Origin: Flavobacteriales bacterium
GTDB lineage: Bacteria > Bacteroidota > Bacteroidia > Flavobacteriales_C > GCA-002722245
Length of the DNA: 64,000 nucleotides
Direction of reading: 5' to 3'
NCBI GenBank assembly: GCA_046074525.1
Contig: JBJTOK010000030.1
Coordinates: 4,845 to 68,844, forward strand
Shown in pieces: positions 50,215-60,548 of the stretch. Under the pieces are notes generated by a model. The model had not been told where the DNA came from and made no database searches. It saw only the letters and a list, made by a program, of their open reading frames with translations. Made by a program: the position numbers and the translations under genes. Numbering within the stretch: the stretch's first letter is position 1; each line of letters starts with the position of its first letter.

Positions 50215-51366
50215 ATGGAAAACATGTACGATGTGCTCATTATTGGTGGCGGACCTGCAGGAGCGGCTTGTGCTTTGGCTTTGCAGGGGAGCGGACTCCA
50301 TGTGGCGCTGGCCGATAAGGAGAGTTTTCCGCGTGACAAAGTATGCGGTGATGCCATTCCCGGCGCTTCTTTCAAAGCTATCGATAAAATCAATTCCAAC
50401 TGGGGTAAGAAGTTGCGTGAACATGCCGATAGCCATCTTATCACTGCTTCCAAAGCCTATGTACCCAACGGAAAATCCTTTGCCATCAATTGGACTGGAT
50501 TTAGCTACAACAGCAAGAGAATCAGTTTCGACAATTGTTTGATGGATCTGGTAAAAACCGAAACCAAAACAGAGGTTTTTTCCGGTAAAAGACTCAAATC
50601 GGTTTCGGTGCAGAAGGATGGAGTAGATTGTAATTTCCATGATGGATCTTCTTGTAAAACCAAAGTGCTCATTGGTTGCGATGGCGCCAATTCAGTAGTG
50701 AAGCGCTCGGTTCTTGCCAGCAGCATTGCTGATAAATATTCCTGTGCTGCGGTGCGTGTGTATGTGAAAGGAATAAAAGAAATGCAGAAAGGTGTGAATG
50801 AATTTTTTTACCTGAAAGATTATTTGCCTGGTTACTTCTGGATTTTTCCTCTCGACAATGGTGCAGCCAACGTAGGTTTTGGAATGTTAAAGAATACTCA
50901 CGACACAAAAGAAAGCGTGAACCTGCGTGAAACCATGGAGAAAATAATGCGCTCTGATCCGCAACTTTCACCGCGGTTTAAAGACGCGGAGTTCCTCGAT
51001 GATATAAAAGGCTTTAGTTTGCCAATGTATTTCAAGCGCAAAAAAGTATCTGCCGATAGAATTCTGTTATGCGGCGATGCTGCATCACTGATTGATCCTG
51101 CTATGGGGCATGGCATTGATAAGGCCATCTGGAGTGGATATTACGCTGCCCAGCAGGTGAAAGAATGCTTTGCCAAAAAGGATTTTTCTGCCACTCAAAT
51201 GAGTCGGTACGATAGAGCACTCTACAAAAAAATCGGCTTCGAGCTCGAAAGAAGTCGTTGGAGCATGGCCATTATCAATCGCTTTCCTTCAGCAGTGAAT
51301 GTGCTGGCGTTGATGGCCAAGCGGCAAGGATTTTTGCAATGGGTGGTGAGGGTGTTTAAGGTGTAG
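50215..51366 (+). CDS. Geranylgeranyl reductase-family FAD-dependent oxidoreductase
   Basis: IGGGPAG, FPRDKVCGD, GCDGANS, GYFWIFP and GDAASLIDP..GHGI motifs. Confidence 0.9.
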   Translation: MENMYDVLIIGGGPAGAACALALQGSGLHVALADKESFPRDKVCGDAIPGASFKAIDKINSNWGKKLREHADSHLITASKAYVPNGKSFAINWTGFSYNSKRISFDNCLMDLVKTETKTEVFSGKRLKSVSVQKDGVDCNFHDGSSCKTKVLIGCDGANSVVKRSVLASSIADKYSCAAVRVYVKGIKEMQKGVNEFFYLKDYLPGYFWIFPLDNGAANVGFGMLKNTHDTKESVNLRETMEKIMRSDPQLSPRFKDAEFLDDIKGFSLPMYFKRKKVSADRILLCGDAASLIDPAMGHGIDKAIWSGYYAAQQVKECFAKKDFSATQMSRYDRALYKKIGFELERSRWSMAIINRFPSAVNVLALMAKRQGFLQWVVRVFKV

Positions 51367-51418
51367 CGATTTCGTTTTTTAATATCTTTGGTTCGCGCAG
51401 AACTAAACCTTACTGATT

Positions 51419-52513
51419 ATGAAATTGTTTTCTATCCCTTTACTTTCTATTTTGATTAGTACTACCGTCTTTGCTAACGATGGAGCGTATTTTGCTTCAG
51501 GCAATCAACTGATCCCGATTTCCGAGACGAAAGTTAGTGTGAAGAAGGAAATCCTGACCATCAGGAAAGTTAAAAATGAGCTGATTGAAGTGATAGTGTA
51601 TTACGAGTTTTTCAATCCTGAAGATGAGAAAACAATTACTGTGGGTTTTGAAGCCTTCTCTCCTTATGGCGATGTAGATGGTCATCCAGCCAATGGTAGG
51701 CATCCGTATATGTATAATTTCACGGTGCTCAATAATGACAAAATTTTACCCTACAAGGTTGCCTATGTGCAGGATACTGCTTACCGTAAGGATAAAAGTA
51801 TCCAAAGCAAGAGTTTGAAAGAGATTACAGAAGGCATACAGGCCGAAAATTACGTGAGTTTCGATTACGTGTATTATTTCGATGCGACTTTTAAAAAAGG
51901 ACTCAATATTATCAAGCATACTTACAATTACAAGCTGTCCAATTCTATTGCCTACAACTACGATTTTAAATATATATTAACCGCTGCCAATCGCTGGGCG
52001 AACAAGCAAATTGATGATTTTACATTGATTGTGGATATGGGTGAATTTGAAGCATTCAACATAAGTGCTAGCTTTTTTAAGGATGAAAAAAACTGGATCA
52101 TTAACGGTGAAGGTAAAACGAAGTATTTTCCTCTTGATAGTACCTTGGAGAAGGAAAGAGCAGCCATATTGTTTATGGTGAAAAAAGGCAATCTCATTTT
52201 TCAACAAAAAAATTTCAGACCTACCGGGGAGCTTTTTATTTATTCTTTCCAGCAGTATATAGCGTCTCAGGTTCATGAGTTTTCTTTGCCTTTCTCCTAT
52301 TATCAAGAGGATAGAATAGAAGATCCAAAAAATGATTTTGAAAAAAAGGTATTGCGTAATTTGCCTTTTGCCCGAAGAGGCTATGTCTTCAAGTCGCAGG
52401 ATTTGCAGGACTACTACTCAAAAATAGAATGGTACATGCCGGATCCAAATTATATCCCTACACTTGAAGGGTTGACCGATACCGAAAAAGCATGGGTAGG
52501 AAAGTTTAAATGA
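51419..52513 (+). CDS. YARHG-domain secreted protein
   Basis: Signal peptide; C-terminal LRNLPFARRGYVFKS.DL..YY...WY.P. Confidence 0.85.
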   Translation: MKLFSIPLLSILISTTVFANDGAYFASGNQLIPISETKVSVKKEILTIRKVKNELIEVIVYYEFFNPEDEKTITVGFEAFSPYGDVDGHPANGRHPYMYNFTVLNNDKILPYKVAYVQDTAYRKDKSIQSKSLKEITEGIQAENYVSFDYVYYFDATFKKGLNIIKHTYNYKLSNSIAYNYDFKYILTAANRWANKQIDDFTLIVDMGEFEAFNISASFFKDEKNWIINGEGKTKYFPLDSTLEKERAAILFMVKKGNLIFQQKNFRPTGELFIYSFQQYIASQVHEFSLPFSYYQEDRIEDPKNDFEKKVLRNLPFARRGYVFKSQDLQDYYSKIEWYMPDPNYIPTLEGLTDTEKAWVGKFK

Positions 52514-53343
52514 TGATTATGAGTTTTATACTAAATGCTTTCTGGGTTGCAATTGTAGTAGCTTTCTTTTCATGCAATAATGCTGATGAAGTTAGGTCAT
52601 CACCTGTTGTAGCGGCTTCATCTAGTCCTTCCAAAACCGGTTCAGCTGAAAAGAAAATTATAGATAGCATTGTTTATGATGAATATATATATCCTTGTGA
52701 TACAACCTATCCTGCACGGTTGCTTGTGCCTGGTAATTTTCATGAAGATGAAGTGGAGGAAAACGCAGCGAAAGAAAAATGGATGGGTGTATTCAAATGC
52801 AGGAAAAGTTATTATGTGGCTAAAGCTGCAATTGAAACTTCACGAATTAATGATATTGTTGATGAGCCTGACCAACAAACTGGCTGGCATGTTAAAGTAT
52901 TGCATGCTGATACAGCCTTGTTTATTGTTTCAGGAATAGATCTTGCTCCTGGAAAAGTAAGGGATATACAGTTTCCTGAGTATGTATGGCCTGGAGATTC
53001 TGTTGTTTTTGAGTACAATGGTAAAGGCTATAAGCTTTTTGCAAAAGGCAATAAGGAATTAGCATCCACTGGTTGGTATAATGTGTGGAATTATAAATTG
53101 TACTTGACACGCGTGGAAGCAGGAAAGGAAAATACAGAATTACTGGTTTCGCAGCCAAATTTCAGTGATGCGATGACCTCTGTACTTTTTGTGGGGGATG
53201 TGGATGGCGATGGTTACATCGATTTATTGCTTGATACTTCAAGGCATTATAACATGCAAAGCCATACTTTGTATTTAACGAAACCTGCTGAAGATGGGAA
53301 AATTTTCAAGGTTGTGGCAAGGCACATCACTACAGGGTGTTAA
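52510..53343 (+). CDS. Hypothetical lipoprotein
   Basis: Lipobox FFSC; C-terminal GDVDGDGYIDLLL (FG-GAP-like Ca-binding loop). Confidence 0.7.
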   Translation: MMIMSFILNAFWVAIVVAFFSCNNADEVRSSPVVAASSSPSKTGSAEKKIIDSIVYDEYIYPCDTTYPARLLVPGNFHEDEVEENAAKEKWMGVFKCRKSYYVAKAAIETSRINDIVDEPDQQTGWHVKVLHADTALFIVSGIDLAPGKVRDIQFPEYVWPGDSVVFEYNGKGYKLFAKGNKELASTGWYNVWNYKLYLTRVEAGKENTELLVSQPNFSDAMTSVLFVGDVDGDGYIDLLLDTSRHYNMQSHTLYLTKPAEDGKIFKVVARHITTGC

Positions 53344-53987
53344 ATTTTTGATTTCAAATGCTCCGGCAATGCAATCCCTTTACTAAACTGATCGGCAATG
53401 GGTGTTAATCGTTTGGATGGAATAGGAATCAAACCCGACCAGATTGGTAATTTCGTTATTTCGCTTTCTTCGCTGTAAGGCATTCCACTGCGTGTTTTTG
53501 CCGAAGCTTCCGAAATGTCAAAACGGATGAGCATGGTTTTATCCACTTCGCTTTTCTTCATCGGACGCAGATAATCCCAGCTTCCAGGCACTACTTTTTC
53601 GGTGAGCAATTTGAAAAATTCGGCTTTTGAATCGTAATCATCTATCACTTCACTTTTAGAAAAAATAGTCACTGAACGATAATTCACTGAATGATCAAAA
53701 GCTGATTTTGCGATCACCAGTTCATCGGCAAGCATTATGGAAATGCATACTGATGTGCCGGTATTCAAGGCACGCAGGAAATGACTGCCTACCGAACCAT
53801 GGATATATAATTTATTTTCATTTCTGACGAAGGAAGTAGGAATGGCAAAAGGTTCATTGTTGCTGACATAAGAAATGGTGCAAAACAATGCTTCGTCCAG
53901 GATGGAATAAATCACCTGCTCATCATAACTTGCGCGTTGATTGGCGTAGCGACTTGGCGTAGTTCGGTTGTTTTTTTGAAAAGTCAT
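53340..53987 (-). CDS. Pyridoxamine 5'-phosphate oxidase family flavin-binding protein
   Basis: RASYD, LYIHGS, SAFDHSVNYRSV and PIWSG motifs. Confidence 0.9.
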   Translation of the reverse strand: MTFQKNNRTTPSRYANQRASYDEQVIYSILDEALFCTISYVSNNEPFAIPTSFVRNENKLYIHGSVGSHFLRALNTGTSVCISIMLADELVIAKSAFDHSVNYRSVTIFSKSEVIDDYDSKAEFFKLLTEKVVPGSWDYLRPMKKSEVDKTMLIRFDISEASAKTRSGMPYSEESEITKLPIWSGLIPIPSKRLTPIADQFSKGIALPEHLKSKI

Positions 53988-54096
53988 ACAAGTAAGTTTA
54001 CAGGGCGAAGCTACAATTTATGCTGAAATTTTTCCGATCTGTTACCTTTTCAATTTCCTGCATTTAGCAGGTATTATCCACCCAAAAAGTTAGCTT

Positions 54097-55380
54097 ATGA
54101 AGAGAATACTATTATCCGCATTGTTTCTTTGCATTGCATACTTTGCCTTTGCACAGGAAAGAAGAGTGAATCTGATGTTTAAAGTCGGACAAATTGAACT
54201 TTCTCCCGAGCAAAAGAAAGAACTGAGCGATTTGTCGAAAAAGGTGAAGCTGAGCGACGCTGTAACTATTTTCCCTTTGACATACGACAGTATTTTTGAT
54301 CGGCTCACTTATGCAACAATTGCCGATAAACAAGCGGCAGAAATAGTGAAATACGCTGAAACTCTTGGGTTTTCCCTGAAAGGTACAGTGGTGAATTTTC
54401 CAAGTAGTTATAAAGGTCGCAGTGTGAGTGTGCATTTGCGCTGGAATGGCCCCTTGAAAATTGCCCATTTTCCCGAAAAACCCTCGCAGTTTTTCAATAT
54501 CGATCCCAATAGGGATACAGTGCTCAAAGGCCTGGAAGGTACTGAGATTTATTTGAAAGCAGGGTGTTTGCAGACTAAAAATCCGGTTACGGTTGAACTC
54601 AAGGAGTTCTATTCTTCCGCCGATTATATAAAAAGTGATTTGCCCACGATCAGCAACGGGAAAATGCTGCAATCGGGTGGAGTGATTTATCTCAACGCAA
54701 AAGAAACCGAACAGGGAAAACAAGTGAATATTGATCCGCAAAGCAGTATTGGTGTTGATTTCACCATGGATAAAAATGATCCTGCCATGCAGATTTTTGT
54801 TAAGGATCCTAATTCTCCCAACGAGATGAACTGGGTATTGCCTGCCCAGCTCAAACCGAAAGAAAGTTGGCAAATGACAGAAACAACGTATGATGCGCGG
54901 GGCAGGGTTATTTCCTCCAACACTTATAAATCGCGCGAAGAATGGGAAAAACATTTGAAAGACGAGGAGGCGATAAAACTAAAGAAGATAAATGAATTGG
55001 CGGTAAAAACCGGACAACCGAAGTCGGATGTGATTTTGCAGGTCAATAATTTCGGATTTATCAACTGCGATAAGTTTTCTAATGAGACTATGATTCCTTT
55101 AGAAGTAAGCGTGGATAACCAGTATTCTGCTAAATTCTATCTTGTTTTTAAGGATATAAAATCAGTGATGCATGGTTATCCAACGGAAGCCGGTACAGAT
55201 GTTTCTTTCGGTTCGGTACCTAAAAACAGAAAAGCTACACTGGTGGCCATTGCTTTTGTAGACAAGCAGGCATACTATTACAGTCAGGATATTACCATTG
55301 GAACAACTGCTGTCAATAAAATTGTACTTCAACCGGTTGAAGAAAGCTTTATGAATCAGCAGATATCAATGATTAAGTAG
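54097..55380 (+). CDS. Hypothetical exported protein
   Basis: Signal peptide; VELKEFYS..D.I...L.T.SNG.ML.SGG and GFINCD motifs of an uncharacterised Bacteroidota-type domain. Confidence 0.7.
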   Translation: MKRILLSALFLCIAYFAFAQERRVNLMFKVGQIELSPEQKKELSDLSKKVKLSDAVTIFPLTYDSIFDRLTYATIADKQAAEIVKYAETLGFSLKGTVVNFPSSYKGRSVSVHLRWNGPLKIAHFPEKPSQFFNIDPNRDTVLKGLEGTEIYLKAGCLQTKNPVTVELKEFYSSADYIKSDLPTISNGKMLQSGGVIYLNAKETEQGKQVNIDPQSSIGVDFTMDKNDPAMQIFVKDPNSPNEMNWVLPAQLKPKESWQMTETTYDARGRVISSNTYKSREEWEKHLKDEEAIKLKKINELAVKTGQPKSDVILQVNNFGFINCDKFSNETMIPLEVSVDNQYSAKFYLVFKDIKSVMHGYPTEAGTDVSFGSVPKNRKATLVAIAFVDKQAYYYSQDITIGTTAVNKIVLQPVEESFMNQQISMIK

Positions 55381-55434
55381 ATAGGTTTAATAGGATGGAG
55401 AAGTAATCTTATATTTGCTTTCCAATCCTGAATT

Positions 55435-56277
55435 ATGTTTGAAACAAAAGATACAGCGGAATATTACAATACTACCCAAGTGCACTATGAGCAATGGTGG
55501 AATCTGGGAGACACATTGTCGCTGCATTACGGTATCTGGGATAAAGACACGAAATCGTTTGCCGATTCATTGAAAAACACCAACCGGGTTTTGATGGAAA
55601 ATGCCAGGATTGAGGATGGAGACCGTGTTTTAGATGCTGGTTGTGGGGTAGGTGGCGCTATATTTTTTATGCTCAGTCAGAAAAAGATACAGGCCACAGG
55701 GATTACCTTAAGCGAAAAGCAAATTCGCTATGCCCGTTCAAAAGCCCTGGAGTTCAAGGTAGAGCAGCAGGCCCGTTTTGAACAGATGAGTTATACGCAA
55801 ACTACTTTCCCTGATGAAAGCTTCGATGTGATATGGGCATGTGAAAGCATTTGCCATTGCACTGCTAAGGAGGATTTCATGAAGGAAGCCTACCGCTTGC
55901 TGAAGAAAGGTGGCCGACTTATTTTATGCGATTATTTCCTTGTGGATGAGGAACAAAAAGATCCCAAAAGATACATTCAAACGTGGCTGGATACCTGGAC
56001 CATCACCAAAATCGTCACCAGCGAAAGATTTGTGCAGGGACTTGAGAGCAATGGTTTTAAAAATGTAAAAGTGCAGGATTACACCTCGCAGATTCAAAAA
56101 AGTGCTCGCCGGATGTATCTTGCCGGGTTAGCGGGCGCCTTGCCGTCTATCATCTATAATGTTCTTCATCCCCGCGCTTCCCGCTTTGCCAAAACGCATT
56201 ACAAAGGCGCTTTGTACCAATACCGTGCGCTTAAAGCCAATCTTTGGCGCTGGAAAATTGTTTCTGCCGAAAAATAA
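55435..56277 (+). CDS. SAM-dependent methyltransferase (tocopherol/sterol methyltransferase-like)
   Basis: LHYGIW, VLDAGCGVGG, GITLS..Q and FDVIWACES..H motifs. Confidence 0.88.
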   Translation: MFETKDTAEYYNTTQVHYEQWWNLGDTLSLHYGIWDKDTKSFADSLKNTNRVLMENARIEDGDRVLDAGCGVGGAIFFMLSQKKIQATGITLSEKQIRYARSKALEFKVEQQARFEQMSYTQTTFPDESFDVIWACESICHCTAKEDFMKEAYRLLKKGGRLILCDYFLVDEEQKDPKRYIQTWLDTWTITKIVTSERFVQGLESNGFKNVKVQDYTSQIQKSARRMYLAGLAGALPSIIYNVLHPRASRFAKTHYKGALYQYRALKANLWRWKIVSAEK

Positions 56278-56412
56278 GCATCAACATTAGCTACTTGCTG
56301 CATTTCAAGAGTCTATTCCTACTTTTCCAAGGTTGTATGTTATCATCATTGTTGCGTATTAATTTTGATAAGGAATATGATTATTTCATTATTTATCAGA
56401 CCTTTGCACCCT

Positions 56413-58272
56413 ATGAAAACAAAAGTGGAGATACTCGCCCCTGCCAAAAATTGTGAGCAGGGGATGGCAGCCATCAATGCCGGTGCTGATGCTGTATACA
56501 TTGGTGCGCCGCAGTTCAGCGCCCGTTCCAATGCGCATAACTCGCTGGAGGATGTGGCTCAAATGGTGGAATATGCGCATCTTTTCAAGGCCCAGGTATT
56601 TGTGGTGATAAACACTATTCTTTACGATAACGAGCTGGAAACCTGTCGCCAGATGATTTACGATCTGTACAAAATTGGTGTGGATGCCCTGATTGTGCAG
56701 GATATGGCGATTATGGAAATGGAATTGCCTCCTATTGTGATTCATGCCAGTACGCAGGCGAACAACCGCGATCCTAAACATGTTAAATTTCTCGCTGATG
56801 CAGGGATGAAGCGTGTGGTTCTGGCGCGTGAACTCAATTTACATCAGATCCGCGAAATCCGTGAAGCTACACCTGTTGAGCTGGAGTTTTTTGTTACGGG
56901 TGCACTGTGTGTGTCGTTCAGTGGTAATTGTTACATGAGTGTGGCCAATGGCGAGCGCAGTGCCAATCGTGGTTCTTGTGCACAAAACTGTCGGTTACCT
57001 TATTCTCTTATTGATGGCAATGGTGATGTGCTGATTGAAAACAGCCACTTGTTGTCCATCAAGGATCTGGATCTCAGCGATCAATTGCCCGATCTGATTG
57101 AAGCAGGAGTTACTTCCTTTAAAATTGAAGGTCGGTTGAAGGATGTAGTGTACGTTAAAAACAACGTGTCTTACCTTCGTAAAAAGCTGGATGAATTCCT
57201 GGAAGGCAATGAAAAATACGAGAAAGCATCATCAGGAAAAACGTATCATAACTTTGATCCCGAACTGGGCAGAAGCTTTAATCGTGGATATACCGATTAT
57301 TTCCTCAACGAAAGAAAAGCGAAAATAGGCTCGTGGGAGAGTCCGAAATCCAAAGGACAAATCATTGGCAAGCTCCTTCGCGTAAACGAATACGCCTACG
57401 AAATTGAAAATGCGGATAAGCTCAATAATGGCGACGGACTTTATTTCCTTAACCCAGCCGGTGAAGGCGATGGTGTGTTGGTGAATAAAGTGGATGGCAA
57501 CTGGGTGTATCCTAACGTGATGAAGGAAGTGGAAGTAGGTACGCTTATCTCCCGCAATAGCGACGCAGCCTTCAATCGATTGGTGGAAAGGGAGGACAGT
57601 GCCGTTCGCAAAATAAGCACGCGTTTCCTGCTCACCGAAACGAACAAAGGATTTCGTTTGCAGGTGACCGATGAAGATGGTTATGTGAGTGTTGCTGAAT
57701 TCGAGCATCCGAAAGAGCGCACGAAAAATAATCAGTCGATAATCTCTAATATTCAAACCAACCTTAACAAAACAGGAGGCACGCCTTATATCGCTGAGGA
57801 GATAGTGGTAGAGTTCAGCGACAACTGGTTTTTGCCGATATCAAAAATCAATGAATTGCGTCGTACAGCGCTGGAGCAACTCACACAAATCCGCATCAAG
57901 AATTACCACCGCGAAGAATTTGCTATTCCTAAAACCGATCATCCTTATCCTTCAAAGGAATTGGATTTCATGCACAACGTAGCCAACCATATGGCTCGTA
58001 AATTCTATGAGCGTCATGGCGTGGAGAAAATTGAGAAGGCTTTTGAATTGCAGTGGGATCCGGGAAAATCACGCGTAATGACAACGAAGTACTGTGTGAA
58101 ATACGAACTTGGTAAATGTCCGAAATACCATAAAGATACGCTCGGTACTAAACTCAAGGAACCGCTCACGTTGAAGCATGGCACCAACGAATACAAATTG
58201 CAGTTTAAATGCAAGCCTTGCGAAATGGAGATTTGGGAGAAGGATGCGGAGTTGGAATACGAAGAGGATTAA
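56413..58272 (+). CDS. U32 family peptidase-like protein with DUF3656 (RlhA-like rRNA hydroxylation factor)
   Basis: EILAPA, GADAVYIG, HASTQ, GALCVSFSGNC, NRGSCAQNCR and KIEGRLK motifs. Confidence 0.9.
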   Translation: MKTKVEILAPAKNCEQGMAAINAGADAVYIGAPQFSARSNAHNSLEDVAQMVEYAHLFKAQVFVVINTILYDNELETCRQMIYDLYKIGVDALIVQDMAIMEMELPPIVIHASTQANNRDPKHVKFLADAGMKRVVLARELNLHQIREIREATPVELEFFVTGALCVSFSGNCYMSVANGERSANRGSCAQNCRLPYSLIDGNGDVLIENSHLLSIKDLDLSDQLPDLIEAGVTSFKIEGRLKDVVYVKNNVSYLRKKLDEFLEGNEKYEKASSGKTYHNFDPELGRSFNRGYTDYFLNERKAKIGSWESPKSKGQIIGKLLRVNEYAYEIENADKLNNGDGLYFLNPAGEGDGVLVNKVDGNWVYPNVMKEVEVGTLISRNSDAAFNRLVEREDSAVRKISTRFLLTETNKGFRLQVTDEDGYVSVAEFEHPKERTKNNQSIISNIQTNLNKTGGTPYIAEEIVVEFSDNWFLPISKINELRRTALEQLTQIRIKNYHREEFAIPKTDHPYPSKELDFMHNVANHMARKFYERHGVEKIEKAFELQWDPGKSRVMTTKYCVKYELGKCPKYHKDTLGTKLKEPLTLKHGTNEYKLQFKCKPCEMEIWEKDAELEYEED

Positions 58273-58306
58273 AGATTGTTAGCAGAATTAAGGTCATAAA
58301 TAACCC

Positions 58307-58705
58307 ATGGAAAGAATAGAATTTTTGAAACTACTGTGGAGAAAAGCATTTAAGCCGATTTTGATATTGCTTACAGTAATCTGGTTCATTCAATTTTTGT
58401 TGAATGCCTATATTGAAAATGGTGCTGAACGCTTGTTTGTATTTCTTATTTTAATCATATTGATTGTTTTTCTGGTTGCTCATTTTACCGGAGAAATTTT
58501 TCGTTCGGCTTTAAGGAAAATAAAGCTTTCTGATGGCATGAAGACGAAGTTGGAAATTGCTCGACAACTGGGAAATTATTTTGTGAGTTTGGCCCTTGGT
58601 GCCTCTCTTTACATGTTATGGAAAGAGGATATTTTTCTCGTTTGTATTTTTCTCGGCGCAATTTTGATTGATAAGATCAGTTCGCTTTCGGTAAAAGCGG
58701 AGTAG
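58307..58705 (+). CDS. Hypothetical membrane protein
   Basis: Four hydrophobic segments; ATG start. Confidence 0.65.
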   Translation: MERIEFLKLLWRKAFKPILILLTVIWFIQFLLNAYIENGAERLFVFLILIILIVFLVAHFTGEIFRSALRKIKLSDGMKTKLEIARQLGNYFVSLALGASLYMLWKEDIFLVCIFLGAILIDKISSLSVKAE

Positions 58706-58735
58706 TAAATCTCTCTTTGCCGATAAAGTTAAGTG

Positions 58736-58975
58736 TGGGTATCCCTCTCCTCCGAGAGGTGATGACCCAGATTAAAGCAAATCCCTTTTCTTATTATGAA
58801 TGCCCCGCGCGGGTGAAGCCATCGTGAGCCGCAATGCATGCAGCTGTGGTGTGCTTGACCTGCATTCTTATGAAGCGTATTCTTAACCAATTAACAGCCG
58901 TAGGCATTGCGGCTCGTAGTAGGTAAATTCTTGTCTTGCCTTAATCTGGGTCATTACCCTCCGAGAGGATACCCA
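58736..58975. repeat. 240-bp nested inverted-repeat element (REPIN/MITE-like or structured RNA)
   Basis: Outer IRs 58736-58780 / 58936-58975 share ATGACCCAGATTAA; inner IRs 58826-58847 / 58894-58915 share GAGCCGCAATGC. Confidence 0.7.
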
Positions 58976-58979
58976 ATTA

Positions 58980-59687
58980 CTATTTCAACTCATAACTCAC
59001 ATTCAGCATTAATGTTTTTGTGCAAGAGCCAATTCGGTTGACATTATTCGCGTAATAGTAGTTGTAATCCACTGTATAGTTCCCTTCTATATAGGCCACC
59101 TGTTCATTCATGGAAACAACTTCTCCCAGTTTTTTTCCTGTAAGGGTCTCCAGTTTATTGGCTTTGGCGCGGGCTTTTTCCAGGGCCAATTCCAACAATT
59201 CATTTTCTATTTTAATCATACTTTCCTTGCTGAACATAGGTTGAGCATGGATGTAGATGACGCCGTTGAGTCGAAGGGCAACAAATACTTTTTCCAATTC
59301 TTTTGTTGTTTTTACTTCGAAGGAAATGGTTTTGCTTAACTCTCTTTTTTGCGTTCCGTTGTAGTTGCCGTTGTATGCCATTCCATTACTATGCACATAA
59401 GTTTCCTGCACATTGACGATTTGAATTGTGTTGGCTTTTACATTTAATTCTTCCAGTTTTTTAGTGATGTTTTGTTCCACTTCAGTAATGGTGATGACAG
59501 TGGCTTTCTGGTTGTTGGGATCAATGTTTTCGTGTTCTTTAATGCTTACGTTCACTTTGAAATAATCGGGCGTAAAATCTTTGGATACATCAGATGAAAT
59601 AACAGCAGTGTTAGGATTTACTTTTGTGTCTTGCGCAACAACTGCAGCACTTGACAATATCAACAGAGATAAGATTAACTTTTTCAT
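58980..59687 (-). CDS. SIMPL (DUF541) domain protein
   Basis: Signal peptide; PD..., ALEKARAKA..L....G.KLGEVVSM.E, terminal V.YEL. Confidence 0.8.
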   Translation of the reverse strand: MKKLILSLLILSSAAVVAQDTKVNPNTAVISSDVSKDFTPDYFKVNVSIKEHENIDPNNQKATVITITEVEQNITKKLEELNVKANTIQIVNVQETYVHSNGMAYNGNYNGTQKRELSKTISFEVKTTKELEKVFVALRLNGVIYIHAQPMFSKESMIKIENELLELALEKARAKANKLETLTGKKLGEVVSMNEQVAYIEGNYTVDYNYYYANNVNRIGSCTKTLMLNVSYELK

Positions 59688-59757
59688 GATAAATGATTTT
59701 AGTGTTTACTACTGAATCATGAAAAAGTGAAAAGGTAACCCGGGGAAATGAAGATTT

Positions 59758-60321
59758 TTATTTAATGCAATCTGCCTGCACTATTTTATTTCTCCATTGA
59801 ATCCAGTATTCCTGTAGTCCTTCGGGAGTGGTTTTGAGATCACTGATGTTTAATTTCTCTCCTTGTGCCAAAGCCTTTTGTAATTGTTTTTTTCTTTCTT
59901 CCAGCGCCGGAGTGTGGGCCCATCCGCCCACATGATCAAAGGAAGTATAAGCCTCACATTTGTTATTCACTCTTTGAAAAGGAACAGAAAGTGTATATCG
60001 CACTTTTCCTGATCCCATTCCTTCCGTACTCATTTTTATTCCTGAAAAATTGACGCTAGAATATTTTTCTTCAGCATACAATTTCTTCAAGATATCGCCC
60101 ACCGTATCGCACATTTTGTTGGAGAATTGGTGGGCCACATCGGAGCTTCTGATGAATTCCGGACCTTCATAGCTTCCTGTGCACATGGAATCATTACAAA
60201 CAATGCTGGAAGTGTTATTTTCTTTTTTTGACAAAGGAGGGTTCTCCCTGTGTATTGATTCTGGCGAAGAACAGGCTGCAATGGTAAGCAATATGCTGAG
60301 AAGTATTGTAATGTGTTTCAT
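59758..60321 (-). CDS. Hypothetical lipoprotein
   Basis: Lipobox IAAC; several Cys residues. Confidence 0.7.
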   Translation of the reverse strand: MKHITILLSILLTIAACSSPESIHRENPPLSKKENNTSSIVCNDSMCTGSYEGPEFIRSSDVAHQFSNKMCDTVGDILKKLYAEEKYSSVNFSGIKMSTEGMGSGKVRYTLSVPFQRVNNKCEAYTSFDHVGGWAHTPALEERKKQLQKALAQGEKLNISDLKTTPEGLQEYWIQWRNKIVQADCIK

Positions 60322-60548
60322 TTTATTTAATATTCATGAAATGAGATTTTGTTACAATTATTTAAATCAAAAACCTGGTGCCAAAGCTCTCAAGCCCATG
60401 TTCAATACAGTCAAGCCGTTTTGATCATCCTCCTCCCATTCAAAGCGGTTGTTTGCCGATAATGAATGCTTAATCTTTCACTTACAGCGATTGAACGATT
60501 TTACTTGTTTTTTCAATGGATTTGTTATCTTCCTTAAGCGGGTAACAA

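Noticed and set aside
60330-60545. Possible gene remnant on the minus strand (..NNRFEWEEDDQNGLTVLNMGLRALAPGF)
   Set aside because: No start codon in frame for most of it and no recognisable family; cannot be supported
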